From Dehalococcoidia bacterium (GTDB taxonomy: Bacteria > Chloroflexota > Dehalococcoidia > SpSt-223): a DNA stretch of 64,000 bases. Location: NCBI GenBank assembly GCA_025054935.1, contig JANWZD010000006.1, positions 24,228 to 88,227 on the forward strand. Direction: 5' to 3'. Every line of letters starts with the position of its first letter. The first letter of the stretch is position 1. Under the pieces are notes generated by a model. It was given only the letters and a program-made list of their open reading frames with translations. It had not been told where the DNA came from and ran no database searches. Of the stretch, positions 39,189 to 47,730 are shown in pieces. The position numbers were made by a program, and so were the translations under genes.

Positions 39189-40537
39189 GCTGCCGCCTTC
39201 TCTGCCAGAAGTCCTTCGAGGGTCGGGACAAGCTCGGCGATCGGGACGCGGATTTGCGCCATCGTATCGCGGTCGCGAATGGTCACCGCCTGGTCGTTTA
39301 CGGTCTCGAAGTCGACGGTGACGCAGAACGGCGTCCCGATCTCGTCCTGGCGCCGATAGCGGCGGCCGATCGCCTGCGTGTCGTCATACTGGACCGTCCA
39401 ATGGCGGGCGAGATCCCGCCGAATGCGCCGCGCGATGTCGGTCAGCGGCTCCTTTCTGCTCAAGGGCAAGACGGCAACTTTGACCGGCGCCAGCACCGGA
39501 TGAAGCCGCAGCACAACGCGGACCCCTTCTTTGTCAGGCTCTTCATCGTAGGCATCCACTAGAGCCACGAGCACGCCACGGTCCACCCCAGCTGACGGTT
39601 CGATGACGTAGGGGAAGTAATGCTCGTTCGTCTCCTCATCGAAATAGGTGAGGTTCTTCCCGCTGAACTCGCTATGACGGCGCAGGTCGTAGTCTGTCCG
39701 ATTCGCGATCCCCTCGATCTCACCCCATCCTTTTGAGAGCCAGCCATCGGGAAAGCGATATTCGATGTCGCTTGTCGCTTTGGAATAGTGGGAGAGCTCA
39801 TTCGGTTCGTGAGCGCGAACGCGGAGATTTTCGCGGCGGATCCCGATCGAGTAGTACCAGGCAAGGCGATCTTCGATCCAGCGGCGGTGCCACTCTTCGT
39901 CGGTGCCCGGCTTGACGAAATACTCAACCTCCATCTGCTCAAACTCGCGCACCCGAAAGAACGACTTGCCGATCGTAATCTCGTTGCGGAACGCCTTGCC
40001 GTACTGACCGATGCCGAAGGGTAATTTGCGCCGCATCGCGCTGCGCACATTTTCGAAGTTGACGAAGATCCCTTGCGCTGTCTCAGGCCGAAGATAGACC
40101 TTATAGCCGCTCTCCTGGATCGGGCCGATCGTCGTCTCGAACATCAAGTTGAAGTTGCGCGCTTCGGTGAACTGGTTCGGGCAGGGAGGCTGGGGACAGA
40201 CCCGCTCATCGAGCTGGTCAGCGCGGAACCGCTGGCGGCACTTGAGGCAATCGACAAGCGGGTCGGTGAAATTCTCAACGTGACCGCTCGCTTCCCAGAC
40301 GCGCGGATGCATCAGAATGGCGGAGTCGAGGCCGACCACGTCGTCGCGCTCCTGGATGACGGCGCGCCACCACGCTTCCTTATAGTTGCGCTTCAGCTCG
40401 GCGCCGAGCGGCCCGAAATCCCAGACGCCACCTAGGCCGCCGTAAATCTCGCTACTCTGGAAGACAAACCCGCGGCGCTTACAGAGCGAAACAAATTTGT
40501 CGATATCAAGCGGCGTCGTGGATACGCGCGGGATCAT
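39176..40537 (-). CDS. glyQS: glycine--tRNA ligase (alpha2 homodimeric type)
   Basis: Start at ATG 40537 ([34 protein letters not shown]) with SD GAGGAG. The track ORF from 40828 is an upstream extension. Class II aaRS motifs throughout. Confidence 0.9.
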   Translation of the reverse strand: MIPRVSTTPLDIDKFVSLCKRRGFVFQSSEIYGGLGGVWDFGPLGAELKRNYKEAWWRAVIQERDDVVGLDSAILMHPRVWEASGHVENFTDPLVDCLKCRQRFRADQLDERVCPQPPCPNQFTEARNFNLMFETTIGPIQESGYKVYLRPETAQGIFVNFENVRSAMRRKLPFGIGQYGKAFRNEITIGKSFFRVREFEQMEVEYFVKPGTDEEWHRRWIEDRLAWYYSIGIRRENLRVRAHEPNELSHYSKATSDIEYRFPDGWLSKGWGEIEGIANRTDYDLRRHSEFSGKNLTYFDEETNEHYFPYVIEPSAGVDRGVLVALVDAYDEEPDKEGVRVVLRLHPVLAPVKVAVLPLSRKEPLTDIARRIRRDLARHWTVQYDDTQAIGRRYRRQDEIGTPFCVTVDFETVNDQAVTIRDRDTMAQIRVPIAELVPTLEGLLAEKAAACAG

Positions 40538-40747
40538 GTTCTCCTCATCAGTCGGCGGGTGGGTCACCGCGAAGTATACCTGCTCTCCGTGCAGCCGAAC
40601 TGCCCGCAGCGCTCGAGAATACTTCGGCCGAGGCGAAAAGGTAGACCCGGCTAGGCCGCACCCGCTACAGTTCCGGTGCAGGGCTCGCAGCGCAGTGCAG
40701 GCTGCGGCCGGTCCACCGTCAGGCACTCTCCATCGCGAGGAGGCGTA

Positions 40748-42373
40748 ATGCCTTCGGCTCGAAAGCACTCTTTTTTCCTCATCGTTGCCGCGGCAGCCGT
40801 TGCCCTTGCTGGCTGCCTTCTCCCTCAAACCGGCGGGGGGCGCTCTCCAGAAAGTTCACCTCCTCCCCGTGGCGGCAGCTTTGTCCGCGTGAATCCTTCC
40901 GACGGCTCAACGATGAACCCCCTCTTGGCCTCCGACAGTTATTCGCGCGGCTACGCGGAGATGGTGTACAACGCTCCCTTGCTGCGCATGAACCCGGAGA
41001 CGCTCGAGTGGGACACCAAGGATGGCGCTGCCGAGTCGTTCGAACTGTCGCCAGACGGCCTGATCATTCGCTATCGACTGAAGCCGAACCTGCAGTGGAG
41101 CGATGGCACGCCGATTACGTCGGCTGATTATCTCTTCACCTTCGAAAAGATGCTCGACCCCGCTGTGGACTATCCGTTTCGAGCAAACCTCGCCTTCATC
41201 GCCGGCGCGCGAGCGCCCGACCCGCGAACGATCGAGTTCACCTTCCGCGAGCCGTTCTGCCCCGCAATCGAATACACCAACATCAATCCGATCCCGAAGC
41301 ATATTTTCGAGCATCTCAACATCAACGATAACCCCGAAAACCTGCGCCCGACAGTCGGTTCGGGGCCGTGGCTGCTGCGCGAGTGGGTGCGCGACAGCCA
41401 TGCGACGTTTGTTGCGAATGAGAAGTTCTATCTCGGGCGGCCCTATCTCGACACCTACACCATCCGGATCGTACGAACGAGCGCCGTCGCCTTCTCTCTG
41501 CTTAAGAACGGAGAGGTCGACCAAGTCAGCTTGCGTCCTGACGAATGGGAAGAGGCGAAGCGGCTTCCCCACGTTACCACGATCAGCTTCTATCCCGCCG
41601 GATCGAGCTGGGTCTACATCGGCTTCAACCTCCGCAGCCCGCTGGTCAGCGACCTCCGGGTCCGCCAAGCGTTCGCGGCCGCAGTGCCGCGTCAGGAGAT
41701 GATTGAGCGCATTCGCCTCGGGCGCGCCCGGCTGATTAACTCGATCTACGGCCCGAGCTCGTGGGCGCACGACCCGACGCTGCAGGGCATCGACTATGAC
41801 CCGGAGCGCGCCCGCCGCCTCCTCGACGAGGCAGGGTGGCGCACCCCGCCGGGCAACCCGAGCGGCATCCGCCAGAAAGACGGCCGCGAACTGAAGCTCC
41901 GCCTCTTCTACAACGTCAGCAACCGCGATGCCGAACAGGTTGCGGTCATCACCCAGGCAGCGCTGCGCCAGATCGGCGTCGACCTGCAGGTGATCGGCGA
42001 AGAGCTGAGCACGCTGCTCAATCGGACAAACCGCACTCGCGACCTCGAAATGTGGGTGAATACGTGGATCTCGCCGATTGAGCCGCACAGCCGCTTCAAT
42101 GCGTGGAAGAGCAGCGACAATGCCACCGGCTTCGCTGACCCGGTGGTCGACGAACTGTTCGCCCGCGCAGCTTCTGTTCCCGGGTGCAAGATCGCCGACC
42201 GCGCGCCGATCTACCATGAGATTCAGCGCCGCATTGCCGCCGAAGTGCCCTACATTTTCCTCTGGGAGATCGAACTGCTGTACGGGGTGAACAACCGGAT
42301 CGTGACGAACCCGGTGACCAGCCTCGGTTTCTGGTATCGCGAGTGGGAGTGGTACTCGAAGACGGGGAAATAA
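40748..42373 (+). CDS. ABC transporter substrate-binding protein, family 5 (peptide/nickel/oligosaccharide type), lipoprotein
   Basis: ATG 40748 with SD GAGGAGG. Signal peptide plus lipobox (VALAGC). SBP_bac_5 architecture. No permease or ATPase genes adjacent, so it is an orphan SBP. Confidence 0.8.
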   Translation: MPSARKHSFFLIVAAAAVALAGCLLPQTGGGRSPESSPPPRGGSFVRVNPSDGSTMNPLLASDSYSRGYAEMVYNAPLLRMNPETLEWDTKDGAAESFELSPDGLIIRYRLKPNLQWSDGTPITSADYLFTFEKMLDPAVDYPFRANLAFIAGARAPDPRTIEFTFREPFCPAIEYTNINPIPKHIFEHLNINDNPENLRPTVGSGPWLLREWVRDSHATFVANEKFYLGRPYLDTYTIRIVRTSAVAFSLLKNGEVDQVSLRPDEWEEAKRLPHVTTISFYPAGSSWVYIGFNLRSPLVSDLRVRQAFAAAVPRQEMIERIRLGRARLINSIYGPSSWAHDPTLQGIDYDPERARRLLDEAGWRTPPGNPSGIRQKDGRELKLRLFYNVSNRDAEQVAVITQAALRQIGVDLQVIGEELSTLLNRTNRTRDLEMWVNTWISPIEPHSRFNAWKSSDNATGFADPVVDELFARAASVPGCKIADRAPIYHEIQRRIAAEVPYIFLWEIELLYGVNNRIVTNPVTSLGFWYREWEWYSKTGK

Positions 42374-42952
42374 TCAGAGCGTGCCCGCCTTCAGGCGGTC
42401 AATCGCCTCGGACGCTTGCCGCTTCGTCATCTCTGCCGGCGGCCGGCCGTAGAGCGCGCGGATCCGCTCGTCGACCTCGCTCTCGCTCAAGCGATGCTCG
42501 TTGCGGCCGATGACGTAGATCGCTTTCACCTGCGCCGGCGTCGCCCGCTGCCTCTCATCGTCGGAGCGGGCGCGGCCGCGCAGCGGCGTCGGCGGGATCT
42601 CTTCCGCGAGCGGCTCAGCATCCTCGGGCGGCAGCTCCTCAAACGCGACCGTCGCTACGTTAATCGCGTCGCGCAGCGCGCGCGCTTTGGCGCGGGTCTC
42701 CGCCATCCGAACAAGACAGGTGCGCATCGGCGCCGCGACGTTGTTTGGGGCAGCATCTCCGATGCCGGAGTAGGTCCCCGTATCAAGCTCGACCGTCGCC
42801 CGCACGATCGCCGTCTGTCCGTTCTCCTCACGCGGCGCTTGGAGGAGCTCCGTGCGGATGCTGCGCAGACCTCGCTGGTGCGCTTCGTCAAGCAGCCCAG
42901 CGTAGAGAACGAAGGTTTTCCCCTGCCGCTCGATAATGTACTCCTTCTTCAT
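42374..42952 (-). CDS. hypothetical protein with ERF/Rad52-like single-strand-annealing features, putatively LexA-regulated
   Basis: Start placed at ATG 42952 (MKKEYIIERQGK...) with SD GGGGAGGG, rather than ATG 42985, which lies inside the SOS-box palindrome. The segment MRTCLVRMAETRAKARALRDAINV resembles the conserved helix of ERF/Rad52-family SSAPs. Function unverified. Confidence 0.5.
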   Translation of the reverse strand: MKKEYIIERQGKTFVLYAGLLDEAHQRGLRSIRTELLQAPREENGQTAIVRATVELDTGTYSGIGDAAPNNVAAPMRTCLVRMAETRAKARALRDAINVATVAFEELPPEDAEPLAEEIPPTPLRGRARSDDERQRATPAQVKAIYVIGRNEHRLSESEVDERIRALYGRPPAEMTKRQASEAIDRLKAGTL

Positions 42953-42978
42953 CGCGCCCTCCCCTGCGCCCTCAGATA

Positions 42979-42992
42979 TGAACATTTGTTCG
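42979..42992 (-). promoter_or_regulatory. candidate LexA (Cheo-box type) operator CGAACAAATGTTCA at the 5' end of the ERF-like gene
   Basis: Minus-strand sequence CGAACAAATGTTCA matches the Gram-positive/Chloroflexi SOS-box consensus CGAAC-N4-GTTC(G/A). It sits ~25 nt upstream of the SD-preceded ATG 42952, in an AT-richer patch. Confidence 0.45.
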
Positions 42993-43269
42993 AATTCTAG
43001 CCCGCTCCTGCGCTCTCGTCAAGCCAGCGCGTTCCGGCCGCGACCGTTGCCGCCCGACGCGGTCTTCTCCACCATCCACAGCACGCGGAAGCGCGAACCG
43101 AGTAGACTGGGAGTTGGAGGTTTGAGATGCGCATCCCTCTTCCGGTTCTCCTCTCCCCGGACGAGCGCGAGGCGCGGAAGGGGCACGGTCTGCGGTTTAC
43201 AGCGGCCTCTCCGGCCGCAGCGCTCGTCATCAGGCGCGGGCGGGACGAAGACCTGCCGCGAGGCGAGGC

Positions 43270-43953
43270 ATGATCCCGGTCGGCGACGAGAACGAGCATC
43301 ACGGCCCCGCAGTCGTTACGCTGACCTTGATCGGGTTGAACCTTGCGGCGTTCTTCCTTCAGCTGCTGTTCGGCACGCCGTTTACCTATGCGTTCAGCTT
43401 CATTCCTGCCGAACTCACCCTCTTCCTTCTCGGGCGGGCCCCAAGCGAGGTGCTTATCACGCTCTTCACCGCAATGTTTCTTCACGCGAGCCTCGGCCAT
43501 CTTTTGGGAAATCTCCTCTTTCTTTGGGTCTTCGGCGATAACGTCGAGCATCGTCTCGGGTCGTTCCTGTTCCTCGTCTTCTATGTTGTCTGCGGCCTCG
43601 CCGCCACCTTCACCCAGTACTTGACCGACCCGACATCCACCATTCCGAACCTCGGGGCGAGCGGCGCGATCTCGGGTGTCCTCGGCGCCTACTTCGTGCT
43701 CTTTCCCGCCAACCTAGTCCGGGTGTTCATCTGGCCGTTCTCACTCTTCCTCGGCACTGTCCCCATCCCGGCGCTCGTTATGCTCGGGCTCTGGTTCCTT
43801 CTTCAGCTGTGGGGCGGAGTGAGCGAGTTCGGCCAGCTGAGCACGGGGGGCGTCGCCTTCTGGGCGCATGTCGGCGGTTTTGTCGCTGGCATGGTGCTTG
43901 GCATGCCGTTCCGCGGCCGACGGCGACGCTCCCTCCCCTACCCGCCCTTCTGA
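43270..43953 (+). CDS. rhomboid family intramembrane serine protease
   Basis: 227 aa with 6-7 TM segments. Catalytic GASGAISG (Ser) and a downstream His in the last TM (AHVGGF). Confidence 0.85.
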   Translation: MIPVGDENEHHGPAVVTLTLIGLNLAAFFLQLLFGTPFTYAFSFIPAELTLFLLGRAPSEVLITLFTAMFLHASLGHLLGNLLFLWVFGDNVEHRLGSFLFLVFYVVCGLAATFTQYLTDPTSTIPNLGASGAISGVLGAYFVLFPANLVRVFIWPFSLFLGTVPIPALVMLGLWFLLQLWGGVSEFGQLSTGGVAFWAHVGGFVAGMVLGMPFRGRRRRSLPYPPF

Positions 43954-44246
43954 CCGGCCGCAGGCGAGGGGGCCGCCTTCCGCGCGCGGGCGCCACTGCT
44001 GCAGCGCGGCCGCCTCAGCGCTCTCAAAGAGGCGGGCAGCGCTCTTCCGCTGCTGGATACCGCAGCCTTGGCGTTCGAACCAGCCATCCCCACGTGGACC
44101 CAGCAGTGCGGAACGAGGGAGATGCTCCGCGCTGCGTTTGCAGTTGGTCGCAGGAGCGGGCAAGGATGCCGTGGAAGACGGCGCGAGTGACAAAGCGGCT
44201 CGCGGGCGACAGAGCGCCGCCGGCAACTCTGGACGCGTTTCGGGCG

Positions 44247-44690
44247 CTAGAACGGCTTCGCGACCATTAACCAGACAATCGCGAGAAAGCCGACCGTCTC
44301 ATAGCCGGCGACAACGAGCGGGAGCGGCGAGCGGCGCAGGCGCTCAATGTCAGCGTGCCTCCCTGTGCGGATTGCCCGCCGGAGCCGCGCAAAGACGATG
44401 GCGAGCGGAACCGCGCCGACGAGCAAGAGCACCAAGAGCGCAAGCGAGAGCCAGATCCATCCCGTCTGCCACCATCCGCCGGCCCAGCCAGCGGCAATGC
44501 CCCCGATGAGCAAGAGCGCGAGGCCAGCATACTGCGCCGGCCGGGCGCCGGCGCCAAGTTCGAGCAGCCGCGCCAGCTGGAGCGGGTCCGGCTCATCGCG
44601 GATGGCCAGCGCGACGGCTCCCGGCACGCCGTGCGCCGCCGCAAACAAGAGCGCCCCAGCGATATGGAGGAACACGAACAGTTCGTACAT
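44247..44690 (-). CDS. small integral membrane protein (DUF2269-like; function unknown)
   Basis: Start at ATG 44690 (MYELFVFLHIAGALLF) with a GGAG SD. Four hydrophobic segments. Confidence 0.4.
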   Translation of the reverse strand: MYELFVFLHIAGALLFAAAHGVPGAVALAIRDEPDPLQLARLLELGAGARPAQYAGLALLLIGGIAAGWAGGWWQTGWIWLSLALLVLLLVGAVPLAIVFARLRRAIRTGRHADIERLRRSPLPLVVAGYETVGFLAIVWLMVAKPF

Positions 44691-46124
44691 CAGCTTCGCT
44701 CCAGCGTGTTCTTCGCGTCCTGCGCGCAGGCCGGGCTCCCTCCGCTGCAGAAGGGCGCGCGCACCGCCGCCCTCGCCCGATCGTACCAAGAGCGTAACGC
44801 CGCTCCGCCTCGGCGATAGCCAACGCGCCTAACGAGCCCGCCCCTCGCCCAGGAGTTCGCCCTCGCCTTTCACCCCCTCAATCGCCTGATGATGACGCTC
44901 CGACCTGTCCCGGGAACCGCCCCGGCACCGCTCCCGAAGCGCGGCCGCTCCCGGCCAGAGAGATGACCGCCCAGACCCGCTCGCCGGCGCGGCGGCCAGC
45001 TGCTCCCGCCGCCCGACACGAGGCGGCGTTCGTCTCGGTACGCCCCCTCGAGAGTTGCTGCTCGCCGCCCTAACGCGCGTCCCCCTCCCTTCCTGCGCCG
45101 AAGCCCGCTTGTTGAGAGCAGGTACGGCGAGCAAGGAGGACAGACCTCGTCGGGGAGGTGACCAGCGAAACGGCGACACCCCCTCCGCCCGGAGACACGT
45201 ACCGCCTGGGCGAGCGCCGCAGCATTCTCGCCGGAGAAGACGGCGCTGCCCTCTCCTCGCTCGGCGAACGGCCTCGAGCGCGGCGCCACAGCGGCGCGAC
45301 AACGATCGCGCCCGCAGCGGTCTGGCACAACGCTGAGACGACGAGCAGGGCGCCGAGCGGAGCATGTCTCACCGCGAGCGCCGCCTCGACAACCACCCGG
45401 ACGATCAGCCCGCCATTGAGAAGGGCGTAGGCGAGAAAGGCGGCCGGCTCGGAGTAGGAGAGCGGATTGTCTGCCGAACGTCGCCGCGGAAGGAGCCAAT
45501 AGGCAACTCGAAGCGCAAACTGGAGCAGCTACCCGACGAAGAGCCCAGGGGCGTACCCTCTTCCGAGCGGCGGCAGCCGCAAGGGAGCGCAAGACCAGCA
45601 TGCGCCAGCATCAGCCCGCCAAGGCTGCTGCCAGCGAGAAGATGCAGGAAGCTCGTCCGCGCCATCCGAACCGAGAATCGGTCCGCCAGTACTCCGTTTT
45701 CCTCCTCGGCCAGACCGCCTTCAGCAAGGAGGTGCGCTCTTCCCGACGGGTGAGACGACGGCGCTGTCGGCGCTCGCCCGCTGCAGCGGCGTCCGCGATA
45801 CTGCGCCCCAGCGTGGCGGAAGGAGCATAGCGCCGCCTCGCGCTCGCCGAACCTTCGCTCCGCTGGAGCGCGACCGCGCCTCGCTGCTCTCCGACCATCG
45901 CCGCGCGCCGGCCGCTTCGGCCCGCCGCTCACCCGCCAGCCCCTTGCGCCGACGACGGGCGCCGCCAGGGCGACACCGCTCCGACTGTCGCTTTCTCGTT
46001 CTTGCGGAAGGGGAGGGGGAACGGGCGTGCCGGCTTCCGCTCGTCGCTGCGCCGCGGGATGCGGCCGACGTGCGCCTGCGTTCCCCGCTCTCTTCGCGCT
46101 GATGAACTGAGCCTAATGTTTTTT

Positions 46125-46160
46125 TCCTGTTGACACGATGCGGTATAGTGCAGGTGGCCT
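46125..46160 (+). promoter_or_regulatory. AT-rich promoter-like element (TGTTGACA ... TATAGT) upstream of 46196 gene
   Basis: tttttttcctgTTGACAcgatgcggTATAGTgcagg is the only AT-rich patch in ~1.4 kb of GC-rich sequence. The -35/-10-like hexamers are only 8 nt apart, so this is not a canonical sigma-70 geometry. Confidence 0.2.
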
Positions 46161-46195
46161 CGCAGGGTCCTGGCCCGAACGGGGAATGAGCGATT

Positions 46196-47716
46196 ATGCG
46201 ACGACGACGACGACGCGGCCGCCTCTGGCTCTGGCCCCTCGTCTTCCTGACCTTCGGGGCGGTGGCGCTCCTCGTTCCACGCCTTGTCGACGCGCTTCCC
46301 CAGCCGTGGCAGCGCGGCCGCGTTGTCGATGAGTACAGCGGCCAGCCGATCGCGGGCGCGGTGATCCGTTCCGCGACCGGCTCCGCAACGAGCCGCGAGA
46401 ACGGCGCGTTCTCCCCCCCACCCGGCGACCGGTTCACCATCGAAGCAGAGGGGTACCTCCCTCGCGAGGTTGCCGCCGACGAACTGACGAACGTCACCCT
46501 GCGTCCCGCCATTCTTGCCGGCGGGGTGGTCAATGCGAGCGACGGGCAGCCGATCGCCGGGGCAACGATCGCGATCGGCTCCACCGTGGTTCGCTCGAGT
46601 GCGGAGGGGATCTATCGTCTCCCCAACACCGATCCCGAGCCGGTCGTGGTGGTCAAAGCGCCGGGCTACGCGCGGAGCATTCTCCGCCCCTCACGCGTCT
46701 CGCGGCTCGATATCCAGCTCACCCGTCAGCCCGTGCGCGCGGTCTACATGAGCGCCGCGACCCTCGCCTACCCCCCAGGCCGGGAGCAGCTGCTCGCATC
46801 GCTCAGCCGCAACGGGCTCAATGCCATCGTCATTGATGTAAAGACGGACCGTGGGACCCTCTCCTATCCGAGCGCTGTGCCGCTCGCGCGGGCGATCGGA
46901 GCGTCGGGGAGCGGCGACCTCGCCGCGGTAGTGAAACGGCTGAAGGAACAGGACATCTATGTCATCGGCCGGGTCGTCGTCTTCCGAGACCGCGTCCTCG
47001 CTCAAGCGCGTCCGGAGTGGGCGATCAAAGACCGGCGGCGCGGCGATGCCATCTATACCGACCCCGAAGGGGGACAGTGGATCGACCCCTTCCGCCGCGA
47101 GGTGTGGGAGTATCACGCAGCGCTCGCCGAGGAGGCGGCTGCCCTCGGCTTCGATGAGATCCAGTTCGATTACCTCCGCTTCCCCATCGACGGGACGGGC
47201 GACCATTTCGTCTACTCCGCTGCGTCCACTGCCGAGAGCCGCTTAGCCGCGATCCAAGGTTTTCTGACCCTTGTCCACGAGCGGGTTCGACCGACCGGGC
47301 TCTATATCTCGGTCAATGTCTTCGGCTACCTGATCTGGAACGGCGGCGAACTCGGCTACGGACACGATCTCGAGCATCTCGCCGCGCACGTCGATTACCT
47401 GTCGCCCACGCTCTATCCGTCGACCTTCGGCGGCGGCATCCCCGGCCTCGGGGATCGGAACGGCGCCATCGCCAACCCCTATGAACTGGTCCGCCGCAGC
47501 CTCGAGGAAGCAAAACGGCGGCTGAAGGGCGATGCGGCGCGGCTGCGGCCGTGGCTGCAATATTTCGACGATTACCCGTACCAAACCGGCAAGCGCTTCG
47601 ACGCCCCCGAGATCACGGCCCAGCTGCGCGCTGCCGTCGATGCCGGCGCTTCAGGCTGGATGTTCTGGGACCCGACAAACCTTTACGCCCGCGGGGGGTT
47701 CGAGCGTCGGCCCTGA
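46196..47716 (+). CDS. secreted/membrane-anchored glycoside-hydrolase-like TIM-barrel protein (GHL10/GHL15, DUF4015-type) with two N-terminal carboxypeptidase-regulatory-like domains
   Basis: Poly-Arg n-region plus hydrophobic signal anchor (MRRRRRRGRLWLWPLVFLTFGAVALL). Two CarbopepD_reg-like repeats (DEYSGQPIAGAVI...; NASDGQPIAGATIAIGSTVV). Motifs NAIVIDVKTD and EIQFDYLRFP are typical of GHL families. Confidence 0.6.
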   Translation: MRRRRRRGRLWLWPLVFLTFGAVALLVPRLVDALPQPWQRGRVVDEYSGQPIAGAVIRSATGSATSRENGAFSPPPGDRFTIEAEGYLPREVAADELTNVTLRPAILAGGVVNASDGQPIAGATIAIGSTVVRSSAEGIYRLPNTDPEPVVVVKAPGYARSILRPSRVSRLDIQLTRQPVRAVYMSAATLAYPPGREQLLASLSRNGLNAIVIDVKTDRGTLSYPSAVPLARAIGASGSGDLAAVVKRLKEQDIYVIGRVVVFRDRVLAQARPEWAIKDRRRGDAIYTDPEGGQWIDPFRREVWEYHAALAEEAAALGFDEIQFDYLRFPIDGTGDHFVYSAASTAESRLAAIQGFLTLVHERVRPTGLYISVNVFGYLIWNGGELGYGHDLEHLAAHVDYLSPTLYPSTFGGGIPGLGDRNGAIANPYELVRRSLEEAKRRLKGDAARLRPWLQYFDDYPYQTGKRFDAPEITAQLRAAVDAGASGWMFWDPTNLYARGGFERRP

Positions 47717-47730
47717 GCGCGCTCTTTCCC

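Noticed and set aside
40553-40575. T-box-like sequence GGGTGGGTCACCGCG next to the glyQS start
   Set aside because: It lies on the plus strand, antisense to the minus-strand glyQS leader. The sense strand shows no specifier loop, AGAGA box, or terminator/antiterminator pair. It is probably a chance GC-rich match.
40676-40747. Upstream extension of the SBP gene
   Set aside because: An SD-preceded ATG at 40748 begins a canonical lipoprotein signal peptide. The extension has no signal-peptide character.
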